A program made the translations under genes and the position numbers. From an uncultured delta proteobacterium (lineage in GTDB: Bacteria; Desulfobacterota; Binatia; UBA9968), in the NCBI GenBank assembly GCA_963760795.1, contig CAVXEP010000001.1, forward strand, positions 96,001 through 160,000: DNA of 64,000 nt, in the 5' to 3' direction. This document shows positions 34,402 to 45,749 of this stretch, piece after piece. The notes under the pieces were generated by a model. That model was not told the DNA's origin. It worked only from the letters and a program-made list of their open reading frames with translations, and ran no database searches. Position 1 is the first letter of the stretch; each line of letters begins with the position of its first letter.

Positions 34402-35094
34402 ATGGAACGACTGATTCTTTTCGACATCGACGGCACGCTGACGCGGACCCAGAATGGTTATCTGCCGTTCAACGACGCGATTCTAAAAACTTTTGATTTC
34501 GCCGGCGACATCCGCACTGTGGTGCCGGATGGCAGTACCGATCCGCTGATCGTCATGGACATCTTTACGAAATCCGGCGTGGAGATTGCCGTTGGACCGG
34601 AGCAGTGGCAACAATTCATTTCGCAACTTGCCAGCAGCTACCGCGACCATGTGGCGCGCGGTGCGACAACCATTCGGCCACTGCCAGGGGCGGTTGCTCT
34701 GTTGCAACAGTTGGACGCCGCAGCGGATTTTCACTCCAGCGTGGTCACTGGAAACTTCGAAGCGACGGCGCAGGTGAAACTGGCAGCGGCTGGGCTGACG
34801 GATTATCTGGCTCGCGGCGCGTATGCCAGCGATTCGGACCACCGGCCTGACTTGCCGGCGATCGCCAGAGAGCGCTGGCAGGTTGCCACCGGGCGCAGCA
34901 TTGCGGCGGCACAATGTGTCATCTTCGGCGATACGCCCAAAGATCTGCAGTGCGCCCGCGCCAACGGCATGAAATGCGTACTTGTCGGCACCGGGCGTTA
35001 TCCGGTAGAAGAGCTGGAGTATTGGCGGCCCGATGGTTGTCTGGCGGACCTGAGCGCCACGCAAGCGGTGGTGGCCCTGTTGGCGAAATTGTGA
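34402..35094 (+). CDS. HAD-superfamily hydrolase
   Basis: FDIDGTL (DxD), VTGN and GDTPKD motifs. Confidence 0.88.
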   Translation: MERLILFDIDGTLTRTQNGYLPFNDAILKTFDFAGDIRTVVPDGSTDPLIVMDIFTKSGVEIAVGPEQWQQFISQLASSYRDHVARGATTIRPLPGAVALLQQLDAAADFHSSVVTGNFEATAQVKLAAAGLTDYLARGAYASDSDHRPDLPAIARERWQVATGRSIAAAQCVIFGDTPKDLQCARANGMKCVLVGTGRYPVEELEYWRPDGCLADLSATQAVVALLAKL

Positions 35095-35114
35095 ATAATT
35101 TTCGGAGGTAGCTC

Positions 35115-36111
35115 ATGCGATATCGAACGATTGGAACGACTGGCGTGAAAGTATCCGAGATCGGATTTGGCTGCGGCAACAATGCTGTGCTTATGGTCAA
35201 AGCGCCCTACGACGAACAGGTTAAAGTGGTCCGGCGCGCGTTGGACGCCGGTATCACGTTCTTCGACACCGCGTTCGCCTACGGCTTGGGCAAGTCGGAG
35301 GAGAACTTGGGGCGTATCCTCAAAGATCTTGGCGTCAACCCGGCGATCTCGACCAAGATCCGGCTCGAAGCCGACTGTGTGAGCGATATCAAAGCGGCGA
35401 CCATCCGCGCCGTCGAGGCTGGGCTCGAACGGCTCGGCCGCGAGCGTGTCGATTTCGTCCAGTTGCACACCCGCGTAACCCAGGCGCGCGGCATGGAGAA
35501 GCGCTTCAGCCTCACTCCCCAAGACGTGCTCGGCCCAGGCGGCGTCATCGACGGTTTTAAAGCGATGCGCGGGCGCGGCAAGGTCGGCTTCTTCGGTTTC
35601 AGCGGTCTCGGCGAGACCCCGGCGCTGCACGAGTTAGTCGACAGCGGCGAGTTTCACGGCTTTCAATGCTACTACAACCTGCTCAATCCCGAGCGCCGGC
35701 CAACCGGTGCCGAAGAATTTCAGCGCCCAGGACTACGGTTTGATCCTGGAGCGCGCCGCCGCCAAAGGCATGGGTGCCTTCATCATCCGCATACTCGCCG
35801 CCGGCGCGTTGACCGCCGATCCCAGCGCCGGTGGTGGCGGCAGCGGCCAGACCCTCTCGCCCGGCTCCGACTATCCGCTCGATCTGCAACGCACCGAGAA
35901 AGTGAAAACCGCCCTCGGCGTCGCGGGAAAAGATTTGACTCAAGCCGCCATCCGTTTCGGTTTGATGCATCAGACGACCGCCGCGGTGCTGGTCGGATTC
36001 TCCAATACTACCCACGTTGATGATGCGGTGGCCTGTCCGGATATGGCGGCGTTGACCGGTGAGCAGATGGGGAAGATGAGAAAGCTGTGGGAGACGGATT
36101 TTAACGACTAG
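35115..36111 (+). CDS. aldo/keto reductase (frameshift near 35690)
   Basis: VSEIGFG, GITFFDTAFAYG..SEE, STK, QLH and YNLLN; C-terminal half in the 35707 frame. Confidence 0.85.
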
Positions 36112-36138
36112 TTAGTTTTCGCTCTCGGGAGATGCGCG

Positions 36139-37256
36139 ATGGCTTTGTTCTTTCACTCCGACGATGTCGATCAAATGATTCCAATTAAAGATGCAGTGCG
36201 GATCACCGAAGATGCGCTGCGCGATATGATAACACCGTCTGGTGTCTGCGCGCCGCGTAAACGGTTAAATCTGCATCGCAACGTCGGCCGAAGGGACGTT
36301 TGACACCGTGTTAAACATTTATGCTGGCGGGTCGGCTAACTACGGCGCAGTGGGGGCGCAGGTGGCGCTGCATCGTAAGGCGATTTCGGGTACGACGCAG
36401 AAGCGGCCACCGTTCAATCCCAGATCAGACTGAGCTGGCGCTGATTTATGATTCCGACACCGGTTCGCTGCTTGGCGTGATGGCGCATCGGCCGCGGGAT
36501 TTTACCGGCGTGGCCGATCTGCGCACGCCGGCGACAAGTTTGGCGGGTTTGGATCTGTTCGCGCGCAAGGACGCGCGGCGGGTCGGCATCTATGGCTCGG
36601 GCCAGCAGGCTTGGGCGACATTTGCCGGGCTGTGCGAGATGCGCAAGATCGACAGTGCGAAGGTCTATAGCCCGACGCCGGCGCACCGCGAAGGCTTCGC
36701 CAGGAAGATTAGTGCGAAGACCGGCGTGACGGTGCAGCCGGTGGACAAGCCTGAGCTGGCGGCGAAGGACGTCGACATTATTCTCTGCATGACCAATACC
36801 AACGTGCCGGTGCTCGACGGCTCGTGGCTGGAGGACGGGCAGTACATTATCTCGGTCATCGGCAGCAACATCGAGCTGGTCAAGAGCGGCAATCTCGCCG
36901 CGCCGCGCCGGGAGATCGACGACGGCACGCTCAAACGCTGCGACTTCATCGTCGCGCTATCGAAAGCTCAGGCCATCGATTCCCAGCAAGGCGATATCTA
37001 TTGGCCGGTGCAGGATGGCGTGATCACCTGGGACAAAGTCGTGGAGATCTCCGATGTGCTCGCCGGAAAAGTCAAAGGCCGCACCAACGACAAGCAGATT
37101 ATTCTCTACAAGAACCAAGGCGGCCAGGGCATCGTCGATATCGCGCTGGCGAAGAAGTGCTACGATCTCGCCAAACAACATGGTAAGGGCTACGAGATGC
37201 GCATCGAGCCGCGGCTCAACTGGTGGGTGCAAGGCGGGCGCGCGGAGACTTGGTAA
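36139..37256 (+). CDS. ornithine cyclodeaminase/mu-crystallin family protein (frameshifts near 36290 and 36420)
   Basis: MALFFHSDDV start, LRT.ATS, GIYGSGQQA, VYSPT, REID and GRT...IILYKN motifs. Confidence 0.8.
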
Positions 37257-37322
37257 AAATACTTTGTTCAAAAGTTCAAGGGTTCAAAAGTTCAAGGTCG
37301 GACAAAAGAGAGTGGGTGAAGG

Positions 37323-38387
37323 ATGAAATTGACAGATTCAATTCGGTGGCGATTGGGAATTGTTGTTGTGGCGATGGTGCTGGTTAGCGCACTCTGGGCT
37401 GTTCGGGTCAGTGCGCAGGCCGAACCTTTCTACAAGGGCAAACAGATTCGCATTATTACCGGGGCCACGGCGGGCGGCTTTTATGATCGCTGGGGACGGC
37501 TTTTAGCCCGGACAATGCCCAAGTATATTCCGGGACAGCCCGATATCATCGTGCAGAATATGCCCGGCGCGGGCTCGCTGGTGGCGCTCAATTATGTTAA
37601 CGGCGTGGCTAAGCCCGATGGCCTTGCCACGGTCATGCCTAACAGCAATGTCTATTTAGAGCAGCTATCGGGCCATAAAGAAGTGCGCTTCGATTTGCGC
37701 AAGTTCTCGATCATCGGATCGCAAGAGAAGAACTATATGTTGCTCTACATGCGCGCGGACGCGCCGTACAAGACCATCGGCGACATCATCAAAGCCAAAG
37801 AGGCGCCCAAGTGCGGCAGCACTGGCGTCGGCAGCGCCGGCTATGTTCTCGACCGGGTTTTGGACGTGGTATTTGGCGCGAAGATCAACACCGTGATGGG
37901 TTATCCGGGCGGCAACGAGATCGACCTGGCGGTGGAAAAGGGCGAGATTCAATGCCGCGGCAACACCATCTTGCCACATTTCGGCCGCGAGCCCTTTGAC
38001 ACTTGGCATAAGAAAGGTTTCGATCGCCATCTCATTCAAACCGCACGCAAACGCGACCCGGTTGTCGCCGAGGCGCCGACGATCTACGAGCTTATGGACC
38101 AATACAAAACCACTGAATCGAATCGCCGGCTCGCCAACGTTTTGCTCGGCGGCGCTGAGTTTGGCCGCTTTATGCTGGTTGCGCCGGGAACGCCGCCGGA
38201 CCGAGTCAAGGTGCTCCGGGAAGCTTACGCCCGGGCGATGAAGGATCCCGAGCTGATTGCCGAAGCCAAGAAGGGGCGTATGGATATGGATCCTTCAACC
38301 GGCGAGGAGCTGCAAGCGCTGCTGCAAGAGATCATGGATCAGCCGCCCGATGTCATCGAGCGCATGAAAAAAATCTTATCGGAGTAG
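37323..38387 (+). CDS. TctC/Bug-like tripartite tricarboxylate transporter binding protein
   Basis: Signal peptide, FYKGKQI, GG.YD..R, VQNMPGAG, AKPDG and GYPGG..I.LAVEKGE motifs. Confidence 0.85.
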   Translation: MKLTDSIRWRLGIVVVAMVLVSALWAVRVSAQAEPFYKGKQIRIITGATAGGFYDRWGRLLARTMPKYIPGQPDIIVQNMPGAGSLVALNYVNGVAKPDGLATVMPNSNVYLEQLSGHKEVRFDLRKFSIIGSQEKNYMLLYMRADAPYKTIGDIIKAKEAPKCGSTGVGSAGYVLDRVLDVVFGAKINTVMGYPGGNEIDLAVEKGEIQCRGNTILPHFGREPFDTWHKKGFDRHLIQTARKRDPVVAEAPTIYELMDQYKTTESNRRLANVLLGGAEFGRFMLVAPGTPPDRVKVLREAYARAMKDPELIAEAKKGRMDMDPSTGEELQALLQEIMDQPPDVIERMKKILSE

Positions 38388-38440
38388 ACAATGACTCGTT
38401 CAAGGGTTCAGATTAAATAAACTCTGCGGAGGATAAATCG

Positions 38441-39475
38441 ATGAGGCTTAGACTTGTCCTGTTGTTGGTGGCCGTCAACTTATTCTTGGCTAATCCGTCC
38501 CATGGCCAATCCCCCTACTTCCAGGGAAAGAACTTGACCATCATCGTCGGCACCGGCGCCGGCGATCTTTATGACCTGTACGCGCGCGCGATCGCGTTGT
38601 TCATGGGCAAGTATCTGCCGGGCAATCCCAACGTTTTGGTGCAGAACATGCCGGGCGCGGGCCATATGATCGCGGCCAACTATGTTTACAACATAGCTAA
38701 GCCGGATGGTCTGACGATGGGCGCGATCAACGCGGGACTTTATTTTGAGCAACTGATCAGCCGCGCCGAAGTGAAATTCGACTGGACGAAATTCAATTGG
38801 ATCGGCAACGCGACCAAGTCGCCGCAGGTGCTCTACATGCGCGCCGACACGCCGTTCAAAACTATCGAAGACGTGCGCAATGCTAAAGAGCCGCCTAAAT
38901 GCGGCACCACGGGGCTCAGCAACATGGGCTACTTCGTGCCGAAACTTTTGGAAGAGACCGTCAGCGCGAAGTTCAATGTCATATCCGGTTATCAGGGCGG
39001 TAATGAGATCGATCTCGGCGTCGAGCGCGGCGAGATTGTCTGCCGCTCGCTCAGCACCGAAGCGTATTTTTCCCGCGAGCCATTTCTTACTTGGCGGAAG
39101 AACGGTTTTTCGCGAGAGCTGGTTCAAGGCGGCCGAGCGAGGATCGAGAAGCTTGCCAACGTGCCGACCATTTACGAACTGATGGATAAATACAAAACAC
39201 CGGAGTTGGGTCGCCGCCTGGCCACTGCGCTGCTGGCATCGGGTGAATTTCACCGCCCCTATATGGCGCCGCCGAAGATCCGCCCGGAAGTGGTGAAGAT
39301 GCTGCGCGAGGCGTTTAACAAGACGGTGAAGGACCCGGATTTTATCGCCGAGGCCAAGAAGAAACGATTGGATCTGGACCCGACGACCGGCGAGGAAGTT
39401 CAGAGTCTGGCCACCGAAGTGTTGGCGCAACCGAAGGATGTGATCGAGCGGTTGAAGAAGTTGATGGGGATATAG
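38441..39475 (+). CDS. TctC/Bug-like binding protein (tandem paralogue)
   Basis: Same motifs as the upstream gene (VQNMPGAG, AKPDG, ERGE). Confidence 0.85.
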   Translation: MRLRLVLLLVAVNLFLANPSHGQSPYFQGKNLTIIVGTGAGDLYDLYARAIALFMGKYLPGNPNVLVQNMPGAGHMIAANYVYNIAKPDGLTMGAINAGLYFEQLISRAEVKFDWTKFNWIGNATKSPQVLYMRADTPFKTIEDVRNAKEPPKCGTTGLSNMGYFVPKLLEETVSAKFNVISGYQGGNEIDLGVERGEIVCRSLSTEAYFSREPFLTWRKNGFSRELVQGGRARIEKLANVPTIYELMDKYKTPELGRRLATALLASGEFHRPYMAPPKIRPEVVKMLREAFNKTVKDPDFIAEAKKKRLDLDPTTGEEVQSLATEVLAQPKDVIERLKKLMGI

Positions 39476-39629
39476 GAGGTTTTGCTGACCGCGACGGCGC
39501 GATGCTTTTGGAGGCAGCGGGTGAGGGATACCAAGAAGAATAAATTTGAAGCGTAGCGAACCGAACCGCGAGCTAGAGCCCGAAAATCTGCAATGATTCG
39601 CGTGTCCCGCCAAACCGGGCGACCGGCCT

Positions 39630-40690
39630 TCAGGGCTTGATATCCTGCATAAACCACTCGCTGGGAATCTCATGGCCCATGCCGTTCTCTTTGGCGGCTT
39701 TGTAAGCGCAAAAACCCATGGCGGCGAACTGGACGCCGGTGCCGACGTTGTTTAAGAAGAAGGAAATCTGCTGGTCGTTGATCCGGCTCGGGACTTTGCC
39801 GGCGATGAGATCGCAGATCTCGGGATACTTAGTCCAATCGCGCGGTTTCTCGCGGCGCACGCCGGGCATGTCTTCGATAATTCCCGGCGGTTGATAGTGC
39901 TGGATGCCGCCGAACTGGGTGTGGATGGCGATCGGATCGCAGTGGTTTAAGACTTCCAGATCGGTTTCAAACTCGCGGATCGAGTTGTAGTGCATGCCGG
40001 CTTCAAGCCAATCGAGCTTGACCACAGGGCGCGACGAATTAGTCGCGCTGCAAATGACATCGCAGCCGCGCACGGCTTCCTCGGGACTGGCGACCGCTTC
40101 GCCGGCGACGCCGGTTTCCTTTTCCATCTCGGCGACGAAGGCTTTGCGATGTTCCGGGTTGGGGCTGAAGACTTTGACTTTTTTGAGCGGCATGACCGCG
40201 GTCATGTAGCGGTAATGCGCTTTAGCCTGACCGCCGGAGCCGATGAGGCCCAAGGTCTGCGAATTCTTTCTGGCCATGACTTTCATGCCGAGCGCGCTGG
40301 TGACGCCGACGCGGGTTTGCTGGATCAATCCGTCGGGCATGATGGCCAATAGCTCGCCGGTCTCCACGCTGAAGAGCTGGATGAGGCCAATGAACAGTCC
40401 GTTTGCGAGCGGGCAGTTTCTCAAGTCGCATGGAATTATTGACTGCTTGTTCTTGGACAATAGTTGAAGTGATGCGGAGAGCGAACACGCCGTACTTGCC
40501 GACGCCACCGTCGACCGACTTGAAGTTATAGGTCGAGTTGCGGCAGCGAATGGGGAAGGTAGGATTGACTCGTCGGCCGGTTGACCGCGCGGCTTTCGGC
40601 TTGCTCGCGGTAAGATTCCTCCATCACGGTCAGACAATCTTTCACATTGAGCGATTTCTGCACATCGCCGTTGTTGAGAATCAGCGTCAT
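39630..40690 (-). CDS. ornithine cyclodeaminase/mu-crystallin family protein (N-terminal frameshifts)
   Basis: GGAGG RBS plus MTLILNNGDVQK; TGELLAIM, TRVG.TS, GLIGSGGQA, ATNS and GTGVQFAA motifs. Confidence 0.8.
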
Positions 40691-40958
40691 TCCAAAACCT
40701 CCAACTAGTCAGTCGAAGAACTTTTTTAGCACAGGGTGTCGGCGAGGGATAGTTGAGTTTGAAAATTCCCGGGCCGGCCCGCGACCGGTCAACCCGACGG
40801 TTTTCCCCACCGTTGGTTGACATCTTCGAGCGGCGTTGCACAGAGTTCGTCGGCACTTCCATGGCATTTGCTGCCACTTGCAGGACTGCTTGGAAGTCTA
40901 TGTTGATTTGGCCGACAGTTGGCTGCGCCGAATGTCGCTGTCCGGCGCGGCAAGGGCA

Positions 40959-40974
40959 TGGTGCGAGAATTGCT
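40959..40974 (+). promoter_or_regulatory. candidate sigma-54 promoter
   Basis: TGGTGCGAGAATTGCT = GG-N10-GC, 60 nt before the CBS gene. Confidence 0.45.
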
Positions 40975-41033
40975 AAAATTGTTTCCGTTCGTCCGTTAGA
41001 GTCTGCACTCTACGCCAATTGAGAGGGTAATCC

Positions 41034-41510
41034 ATGCTTCAAAGTCTAAGCGGCAAATCGTCCCAAGACTCGCCACCTCGTGAGCTTTCCTTGGTCATCG
41101 GTCCCACTGAAGTGGCCGACGTGATGATCGCCAAGGTGGTCACTTTGAGCACGCATCACGGTTTTGACGATGCGGTGCGGCTGATGAAGGACCGCCACTT
41201 TCGCCACTGTATCGTGGTCGACATGCAGGGTAAGCTTTGTGGTGTCATCTCGGATCGAGACATTTTACGGGCGATGGCGCGCAATGGGCAGTCACGGTCA
41301 AAGTCCCTCGATCAATTCATGACGCGCAACCCGGTCACGGTGAAGCGCCATACCTCGATCCTCGATGCAGTTTCAAAAATTATTTCGAAGAAAATCAATT
41401 GCCTGCCGGTGGTGGAAGACGACGGCACCGTCTGCGGCATCGTGACGTCGACCGATTTACTCAAGTCTTACCAGCAAGTGCTCGAGATGGTGCACAAACA
41501 GGCCGGCTAA
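41034..41510 (+). CDS. CBS-pair protein
   Basis: VADVM, GVISDRD, MTRNPVTV and LPVV...GIVT.TD motifs. Confidence 0.88.
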   Translation: MLQSLSGKSSQDSPPRELSLVIGPTEVADVMIAKVVTLSTHHGFDDAVRLMKDRHFRHCIVVDMQGKLCGVISDRDILRAMARNGQSRSKSLDQFMTRNPVTVKRHTSILDAVSKIISKKINCLPVVEDDGTVCGIVTSTDLLKSYQQVLEMVHKQAG

Positions 41511-41564
41511 TCGGGTTTCTTCACCTCTACGTTGATCGACTTCTAATTGGCGCTAGACTTAGCC

Positions 41565-41789
41565 ATGGCGCGGAAATTTTCGGTCACGGTTAAGCCGAAC
41601 GCTCGCCATATCGGCGTCGAGAAAATCTCAGAATCGGAATTTCGCGTCGCGGTCCGTGCTCCGGCACGGGACGGCGCAGCCAATCGCGCGGTGATCGAAG
41701 CCTTGGCGGAATTCTTCGCCATTGCCAAATCCTCCCTAAGAATCGTCCGCGGCCACTCGTCGCGAAGAAAGCACGTAGAGATCGATTGA
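41565..41789 (+). CDS. DUF167/YggU family protein
   Basis: VKPNA, APARDGAAN and G.SSR.K motifs. Confidence 0.88.
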   Translation: MARKFSVTVKPNARHIGVEKISESEFRVAVRAPARDGAANRAVIEALAEFFAIAKSSLRIVRGHSSRRKHVEID

Positions 41790-41857
41790 TCCGGCTTCGC
41801 GGCGCTGTCCTCGTTTCAGTTGGCGAACTGAGCTTGCGACGACGGCAAAATCAGCAT

Positions 41858-43091
41858 ATGAAATTGGAAAAACCTACCGAGGACGAAGGTTTGTCAAAAG
41901 CCGAAAATATTGAAGCTGTAAGCTTGCCGGTCGCCAACTGGGGCCGGCTTGCCGCCAACTGCGCCGCGCATATGACCGAGCATCTGTTCAATGCCGTGGT
42001 CAGCGTGATCTTACCGTTGATCACCGCGTCGTTGGGACTGAGCCTGTCGCAGGCCGGCGCCCTCGCGTCGATCCGCACGTTGATGGCTGGCGTGGCTAGT
42101 TTCCCTTCCGGTTTTCTCGCCGACCTGGCGAGCCGGCGCAATCTGTTGCTCGGTGGCTGTATCGCCTTGATCGGCTTGGCGTCGTTAGGCTTGAGCGCGT
42201 CGTATAGTTTCCCACTGCTGATGGTTTTCATGGGGCTCGGCGGATTTGGCGGCGGTTGGTTTCATCCCCAGTCGTTGGCGATTTTGTCGGAGAAGTATCG
42301 CACCCAGAAAGCTTTCGCTCTTGGCGTGCATGATAGCAGCGCCAATCTCGGTGAGGTCATCGGGCCGTTGGCGATCGGCTTGATGCTCAATTTTTTCGAT
42401 TGGCGCACCGCGCTGTTGTTTTGGGCGATTCCCGGGTTGATTGGTCGGTGTGATTTACGCGCTGACGGGCTCCGAAGGCACGCTCGCCGTGCCGCACCCC
42501 CGCGACTATCGCAAGGCAATCTGGAATGACGTGCTCAAGAACAAAACCGTCTGTGGGCTAGTCGCGGTGTCGACCTTGCGCGCAATGGGGCAGACGGCGT
42601 TGGCGTCTTTTCTGCCTTTGTACCTGTCGTTGCATTTGAAATTGCCGGCCGCCGTCACTGGCGCTTACATGTCGATCTTGTTTCTCTGCGCCGGGGTGGC
42701 GCCGGCTCTCGTCGGTTGGGTTTCCGACCGCATCGGCCATCGTTATTTGATCGTGCTATTTTCGCTCTTGAGTGTGGCTATGGTGGTGGCGATCCCGCAC
42801 TTGGGTTCGGGGGCTGTCCTGGTTGCCGGTTTGGGAGCTTTGGGCGCGCTGCTCTGGGCGCTGCGGCCGGTGATCGTGTCGGCGGCGATGTCAGAGGCGC
42901 CGCAACAGCTCTCGGGCAGCATCGTGGCGCTCATCTACGGCGCCAATATGGGTCTGTCTTTTTTAGCGCCGCTCTTGGCCGGCGTCGTCGCCGATCAATA
43001 CGGCCTGCCCACCGCGGTCACCGCCATCGCGGTATTCCCGCTGCTCGCGTCCTTGATTTGCTTTGTTCTACTGATTCAACGGCGCGGTTGA
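41858..43091 (+). CDS. MFS transporter (frameshift near 42440)
   Basis: About 12 TM segments; GFLAD..RR, GWVSDRIG and FHP motifs. Confidence 0.82.
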
Positions 43092-43155
43092 AGTCCGACT
43101 TTTTTCAGACGAGATGATAAGGATTGTCGCGCGGGCCAATGCGCTGGCGCTTAAC

Positions 43156-44586
43156 TTATCGGCGCCGTTTACGCGCCGTTTTGGCGGGGGATTTACTTTC
43201 TTGTGCTAGTGCTGTGGCTTCGCCGGTCTGGCCGTCGAACTTGGGCTGCACGTTGTCCTTGATCCATTTTTGATCCCACCATTCCACCGGCAGAATCGCC
43301 AGGCCGTGTAGATAAACGCCGAAGTGCAAGTGATCGCCGCCAGCAAAGCCGGTCTCCCCGGTCTTGCCGATGGGCTGGCCTTGCTTGACCTTGTCGCCGA
43401 CTTTGACGTCGATGGAGCTCAGATGCGAATAGAGCGTGAACAAGCCGAGGCCGTGATCGACGATCACAGTGTTGCCGTAGATTCCCAGATCACCGACGAA
43501 GGCGACTACCCCATGGTTCGACGCTTCGGCTGGATAGTGTTTGGTCACCGAGAGGTCGTAGCCCAAATGGTAGGCCTGATCGATTTCTTCGTTGTTGTAA
43601 ACGTAGGTGCGCGCGTCGGCGAAATTGGCCTCGACCTTGGAGTTGCTGAGCTGGCTGAAAGCGCCATCCCACAACCTTGACGATGACGATTTTTCGGTGA
43701 TCGCTTTGATCTTGTCTTCGTTTTCTTTGCGCAGCCCCTTGTTCACTTTGATGAAAATCTCTTTGGGGCTGCCTTGGCGCGCGCCGACGTCGTTTAACAG
43801 CGGTGTGACTTTGTTGCGGAGAAAGTCTTCGGAAATCTGCAGGGTACTCTTTTTGTATTTGACGTTCTTGAGCGTATAGGAAAGCCGCATTTCTCGCGTG
43901 TTGCCGGCTTTATCGGTGGCGACCAGCGCCGCTCGTTCATCCTCGCCGACGTTGTAGGCATGGGCGAAAAAGGCGACGTAATGTTCCGGATGACTCGCGA
44001 TCTGGCCTTTATAGCCGGGAAAAAAATAGTTGCCGATCTTTATGCCGGTCGTGACCGTGTCTGCCGAAGGCTTGTAAACGATCATGCCGACACCGCCAAA
44101 GTTGACGTAGCGGTCGTCGGCGACGATCTCCAGCGTCGGCGGCGTAATATCGATGGTCAGGTTCTTCTGAATCGCCGTCTCGTTGCCGCGAAACAGGTTC
44201 CACAGCGAATTATCGCGGGCACTGACCCGCAGCACCGCCGGACCTTCCTTCAAGCCGGCGAGTTTCGACGATAGCACGACGGTGAGCTTTTTTTGCAGTG
44301 TCAGTTCGCTGTACTGCTCGGATGCGAGTGGATAATCGGTGCCGCCGGAATTGAGCACCGCTGAAAATGATTTTAACCCGGTGCCTTGCTCGGTGACCTC
44401 GATCTGTAACGTACCCAGGCCCAGGGTTTCACTATCGGGGGTAATCTTGATCTGCGGTTTGTACCATTCGAAGCGCGGGACGAGAAAGTAACCACCGACA
44501 AGCACGATGGCGATAAGCAAGGTGTAAATGACACCTGGCCCGGGGGCGAAGCTTCGCTTGGGTCTGCCTAGTTGAAGTGCGCTCAT
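43156..44586 (-). CDS. M23 family metallopeptidase with N-terminal anchor
   Basis: HLGYD (HxxxD), YGN.VIVDHG, YSHL and HLHF motifs. Confidence 0.9.
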   Translation of the reverse strand: MSALQLGRPKRSFAPGPGVIYTLLIAIVLVGGYFLVPRFEWYKPQIKITPDSETLGLGTLQIEVTEQGTGLKSFSAVLNSGGTDYPLASEQYSELTLQKKLTVVLSSKLAGLKEGPAVLRVSARDNSLWNLFRGNETAIQKNLTIDITPPTLEIVADDRYVNFGGVGMIVYKPSADTVTTGIKIGNYFFPGYKGQIASHPEHYVAFFAHAYNVGEDERAALVATDKAGNTREMRLSYTLKNVKYKKSTLQISEDFLRNKVTPLLNDVGARQGSPKEIFIKVNKGLRKENEDKIKAITEKSSSSRLWDGAFSQLSNSKVEANFADARTYVYNNEEIDQAYHLGYDLSVTKHYPAEASNHGVVAFVGDLGIYGNTVIVDHGLGLFTLYSHLSSIDVKVGDKVKQGQPIGKTGETGFAGGDHLHFGVYLHGLAILPVEWWDQKWIKDNVQPKFDGQTGEATALAQESKSPAKTARKRRR

Positions 44587-44709
44587 GCGTTATATAACGA
44601 ATCTAGAGAGGCTGTGAGATAGTCCCGCCAAGATAAACGCCGTTGGTAATGATGTCAATCAAAACCATCGGAGTAACCGGTCAATTCGAATCAACGCCTG
44701 AAAACCGGA

Positions 44710-44737
44710 AGAGATTTCTCCCTGCGGTAGAAATGAC
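44710..44737. repeat. AGATTTCTC..GAAATGACA hairpin repeat
   Basis: Near-identical copy at about 61599-61627; related unit at 45704-45731. Confidence 0.6.
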
Positions 44738-44799
44738 AAAGTGGCTGGCGCACGTACTATTACGAGGACCGAAAAACTACTTGGTGTCGGAACCGCGAA

Positions 44800-45492
44800 T
44801 CAGAGCATGCCTTTTTCGTTGAAGCTAAAGTAGCGGTCATGGCCGATCACGACATGGTCGAGCACGCGCACGCCCATGACGTCGCCCACGTCTTTCAACC
44901 GTTTGGTGATGTCGATATCCTCGGGGCTCGGCGCCGGGTCGCCGCTCGGGTGATTGTGCACGAAAATGACGCCGGCGGCGGACTCCCGAATAACCGGATT
45001 GTAGACTTCGCGCGGATGGACCAGCGACGCGGTGAGCGATCCCTCGGAGATCTTGACCTCGCGCATCTTGCGGTTTTTGTTGTCGAGCAGGACGACGTAG
45101 AAAGATTCGCGCTTGTCCCGGCCGAGGCTTTCGCGGAAATGCTGAAAGACATCGTCGGCGGAGTGTAGCGGCTGGCCAGTTTCCCATTTTAAACTACCGA
45201 TGCGCTTGCCGATTTCCAGGCAAGCTTTGAGCTGGGCGACTTTAGCCGGGCCGATGCCTTTGATGCTGCACAGTTCGACGACCGCCGCCTCGTCGATGCC
45301 TTTAAGTCCGCCAAATTGGCTGAGCAGAAGCCGCGCATGGTCGATGGCGCTATTGCCGCTCGCGGCGTCGCCATTGCGCAAGATAATCGCCAAAAGCTCG
45401 GTTTCGCTCAAAGCCGGCGCACCTTTGGCGAGCAGTTTTTCTCGCGGCCGGTCTTCCTTGGGCCATTCTTTGATGGTGTACGATAGGGTCAT
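44800..45492 (-). CDS. radC: RadC (JAB domain) protein
   Basis: RPREKL, GIGPAK, VHPRE and HNHPSGDP.PS..D motifs. Confidence 0.93.
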   Translation of the reverse strand: MTLSYTIKEWPKEDRPREKLLAKGAPALSETELLAIILRNGDAASGNSAIDHARLLLSQFGGLKGIDEAAVVELCSIKGIGPAKVAQLKACLEIGKRIGSLKWETGQPLHSADDVFQHFRESLGRDKRESFYVVLLDNKNRKMREVKISEGSLTASLVHPREVYNPVIRESAAGVIFVHNHPSGDPAPSPEDIDITKRLKDVGDVMGVRVLDHVVIGHDRYFSFNEKGML

Positions 45493-45616
45493 GAACACCT
45501 CGCGGCACAGCGTCAACGCGCCCGGAGGGTCCGCGGTTGCGTGCTTCGTCTATCATAGTAAGCACGGGGGCTCAAAGGGGTGTTGACGGGGTCAACCCGT
45601 CACGACTCTCCACCAC

Positions 45617-45731
45617 TGTCGTTTAGAGGTCCTTCGACCTGCTCAGGATAGACTTCGCCGAGAAATCTCGACATTCGTCAATATTGCTAAAATTCTCAAG
45701 ACGGGACCCTTCGCTTTCGCTCAGGGTGACA
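45617..45731. repeat. TGTC...TGACA palindromic element
   Basis: CCTTCGACCTGCTCAGGATAG, GAGAAATCT and CCCTTCGCTTTCGCTCAGGGTGACA units. Confidence 0.5.
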
Positions 45732-45749
45732 ACTAACTGAAAAGTCGAG

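Noticed and set aside
38480-39673. Long antisense ORFs (also 3994-4833, 13585-14499, 51079-51777)
   Set aside because: Shadow frames of high-GC genes on the opposite strand, with no motifs
45582-45596. GTTGAC-GGG-GTCAAC palindrome upstream of radC as an SOS-type operator
   Set aside because: Single occurrence; no matching copy noticed at addAB, and it fits no motif I can assign
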